Positions 62,101-64,000 of a DNA stretch of 64,000 bases are shown one piece after another (within the stretch, counting starts at the first letter, position 1; each line of letters begins with the position of its first letter). The notes under the pieces were generated by a model that worked only from the letters and a program-made list of their open reading frames with translations, ran no database searches and had not been told where the DNA came from. Source of the DNA: Centroscyllium fabricii (Eukaryota); contig JBNRSN020000167.1 in NCBI GenBank assembly GCA_051313645.2, positions 124,001 to 188,000 of the forward strand. Reading direction: 5' to 3'. The position numbers and the translations under genes were made by a program.

Positions 62101-64000
62101 GGCCAGTAATGCAGTCTCCCAGTAATGCAGTCTCCCAGTAATGCAGTCTCCCAGTAATGCAGTCTCCCAGTAATGCAGTCTCCCAGTAATGCAGTCTCCC
62201 ACTAATGCATTCTCCCAGTAATGCAGTCTCCCAGTAATGCAGTCTCCCAGGAATGCAGTATCCCAGCAATGCAGTCACCCAGCAATGCCGTCTCCCAGCA
62301 ATGCCGTCTCCCAGCAATGCCGTCTCCCAGCAATGCCGTCTCCCAGCAAAGCAGTCTCCCAGCAAGGCAGTCTCCCAGCAAGGCAGTCTCCCAGCAAGGA
62401 AGTCTCCCCACAAGGCAGTCACCCAGCAAGCCAGTCTCCCAGAAATGCAGTCTCCCAGTAATGCAGTCTCCCAGTAATGCAGTCTCCCAGTAATGCAGTC
62501 TCCCAGTAATGCAGTCTCCGAGCAACGCAGTCTCCGAGCAACGCAGTATCCCAGCAACGCAGTATCCCAGCAACGCAGTCTCCCAGCAACGCAGTCTCCC
62601 AGCAACGCCATCTCCCAGTAACGCAGTCTCCCAGTAACGCAGTCTCCCAGTAACGCAGTCTCCCAGTAACGCAGTCTCCCAGTAACATCGTCTCCCAGTA
62701 ACGCGGTCGACAAGTAACGCGGTCGACAAGTAACGCGGTCCCCCAGTAATGCAGTCTCCCAGCAATGCAGTCTCCCAGCAACATTGTCTCCAAGTAACGC
62801 AGTCTCCCAGTAACGCAGTCTGCCAGTAACGCAGTCTCCCAGTAACATTGTCTCCCAGTAACGCAGTCTCCCAGCAATCCAGTTGCCAAGTAACGCGGTC
62901 CCCCAGTAATGCAGTCTCCCAGCAACGCAGTCTCCCAGCAACGCATTCTCCCAGCAATGCAGTCTCCCAGTAATGCAGTCTGCCAGTAATGCAGTCTCCC
63001 AGTAACGCAGTCTCCAGTAACGCAGTCTCCCAGTAATGCAGTCTCCCAGTAATGCAGTCTCCCAGTAATGCAGTCTCCCAGTAATGCAGTCTCCCAGTAA
63101 TGCTGTCTCCCAGTAATGCAGTCTCCCAGTAATGCAGTCTCCCAGCAATGCCGTCTCCCAGCAATGCCGTCTCCCAGCAATGCCGTCTCCCAGCAATGCC
63201 GTCTCCCAGCAATGCCGTCTCCCAGCAATGCCGTCTCCCAGCAATGCCGTCTTTCAGCAATGCCGTCTCCCAGCAATTCCATCTCCCAGCAATGCCGTCT
63301 CCCAGTATTGCCGTCTCCCAGTAATGCCGTGGGCCAGTAATGCAGTCTCCCAGTAATGCAGTCTCCCAGTAATGCAGTCTCCCAGTAATGCAGTCTCCCA
63401 GTAATGCAGTCTCCCAGTAATGCAGTCTCCCAGTAATGCAGTCTCCCAGGAATGCAGTCTCCCAGCAATGCAGTCACCCAGCAATGCCGTCTCCCAGCAA
63501 TGCCATCTCCCAGCAATGCCGTCTCCCAGCAACGCCGTTTCCCAGCAAAGCAGTCTCCCAGCAAGGCAGTCTCCCAGCAAGGCAGTCTCCCAGCAAGGAA
63601 GTCTCCCCGCAAGGCAGTCTCCCAGCAAGCCAGTCTCCCAGAAATGCAGTCTCCCAGTAATGCAGTCTCCCAGTAATGCAGTCTCCCAGTAATGCTGTCT
63701 CCCAGTAATGCAGTCTCCCAGTAATGCAGTCTCCCAGTAATGCAGTCTCCGAGCAACGCAGTATCCCAGCAACGCAGTATCCCAGTAACGCAGTCTCCCA
63801 GTAACGCAGTCTCCCAGCAACATTGTCTCCAAGTAACGCAGTCTCCCAGAAACGCAGTCTGCCAGTAACGCAGTCTCCCAGTAACATCGTCTCCCAGTAA
63901 TGCGGTCGACAAGTAACGCGGTCCCCCAGTAATGCAGTCTCCCAGCAATGCAGTCTCCCAGTAACGCAGTCTCCCAGCAACATTGTCTCCAAGTAACGCA
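32200..64000 (+). repeat. 16-bp tandem satellite, consensus GCAGTCTCCCAG(T/C)AA(T/C), about 2000 units, continues past the window end
   Basis: Directly visible; variant units recur in blocks of several kb. Confidence 0.98.

Noticed and set aside
31948-63992. Long Cys/Trp/His-rich minus-strand ORFs (up to 779 aa) as a novel repeat protein
   Set aside because: The 16-bp period is not a multiple of 3, so all frames give the same peptide; 15-bp units shift frames freely; no unique termini or sign of codon-level constraint.
32200-64000. Arrays of ZNF143/SBS or Smad sites in the satellites
   Set aside because: CCCAGTAATGC is one base longer than the CCCANAATGC core, and GTCT/CAGAC 4-5-mers are too short to be informative without binding data.

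Overview
Eukaryotic, repeat-rich vertebrate DNA, most likely from a cartilaginous fish (inferred from the shark-type CR1 3' tail and the repeat families). The only host-gene sequence is two consecutive + strand exons of an NRAMP/SLC11 metal transporter (most like SLC11A2/DMT1) at 7580-7699 and 26597-26703; the rest is intronic. From left to right: (1) a nested transposon cluster (L1/Tx1 ORF2 3' end, a long solo-type LTR, a Gypsy element with an interrupted 5' LTR, CR1 and other LINE fragments, a Harbinger transposase relic); (2) a ~16.8 kb 34-bp satellite that grew inside the ORF2 coding sequence of an old CR1 LINE and later received a CR1 tail and a solo LTR; (3) a Harbinger-type MITE; (4) a near-intact full-length CR1 on the minus strand with 198-bp 5' monomers; (5) a >31 kb 16-bp satellite running off the window end. 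The most unusual signals are a Gypsy element with no tRNA primer-binding site, a PBS-position sequence complementary to its own LTR and a YLDN RT motif, and the visible in-situ birth of a satellite from LINE coding DNA. The many ORFs inside the two satellites are periodicity artefacts.
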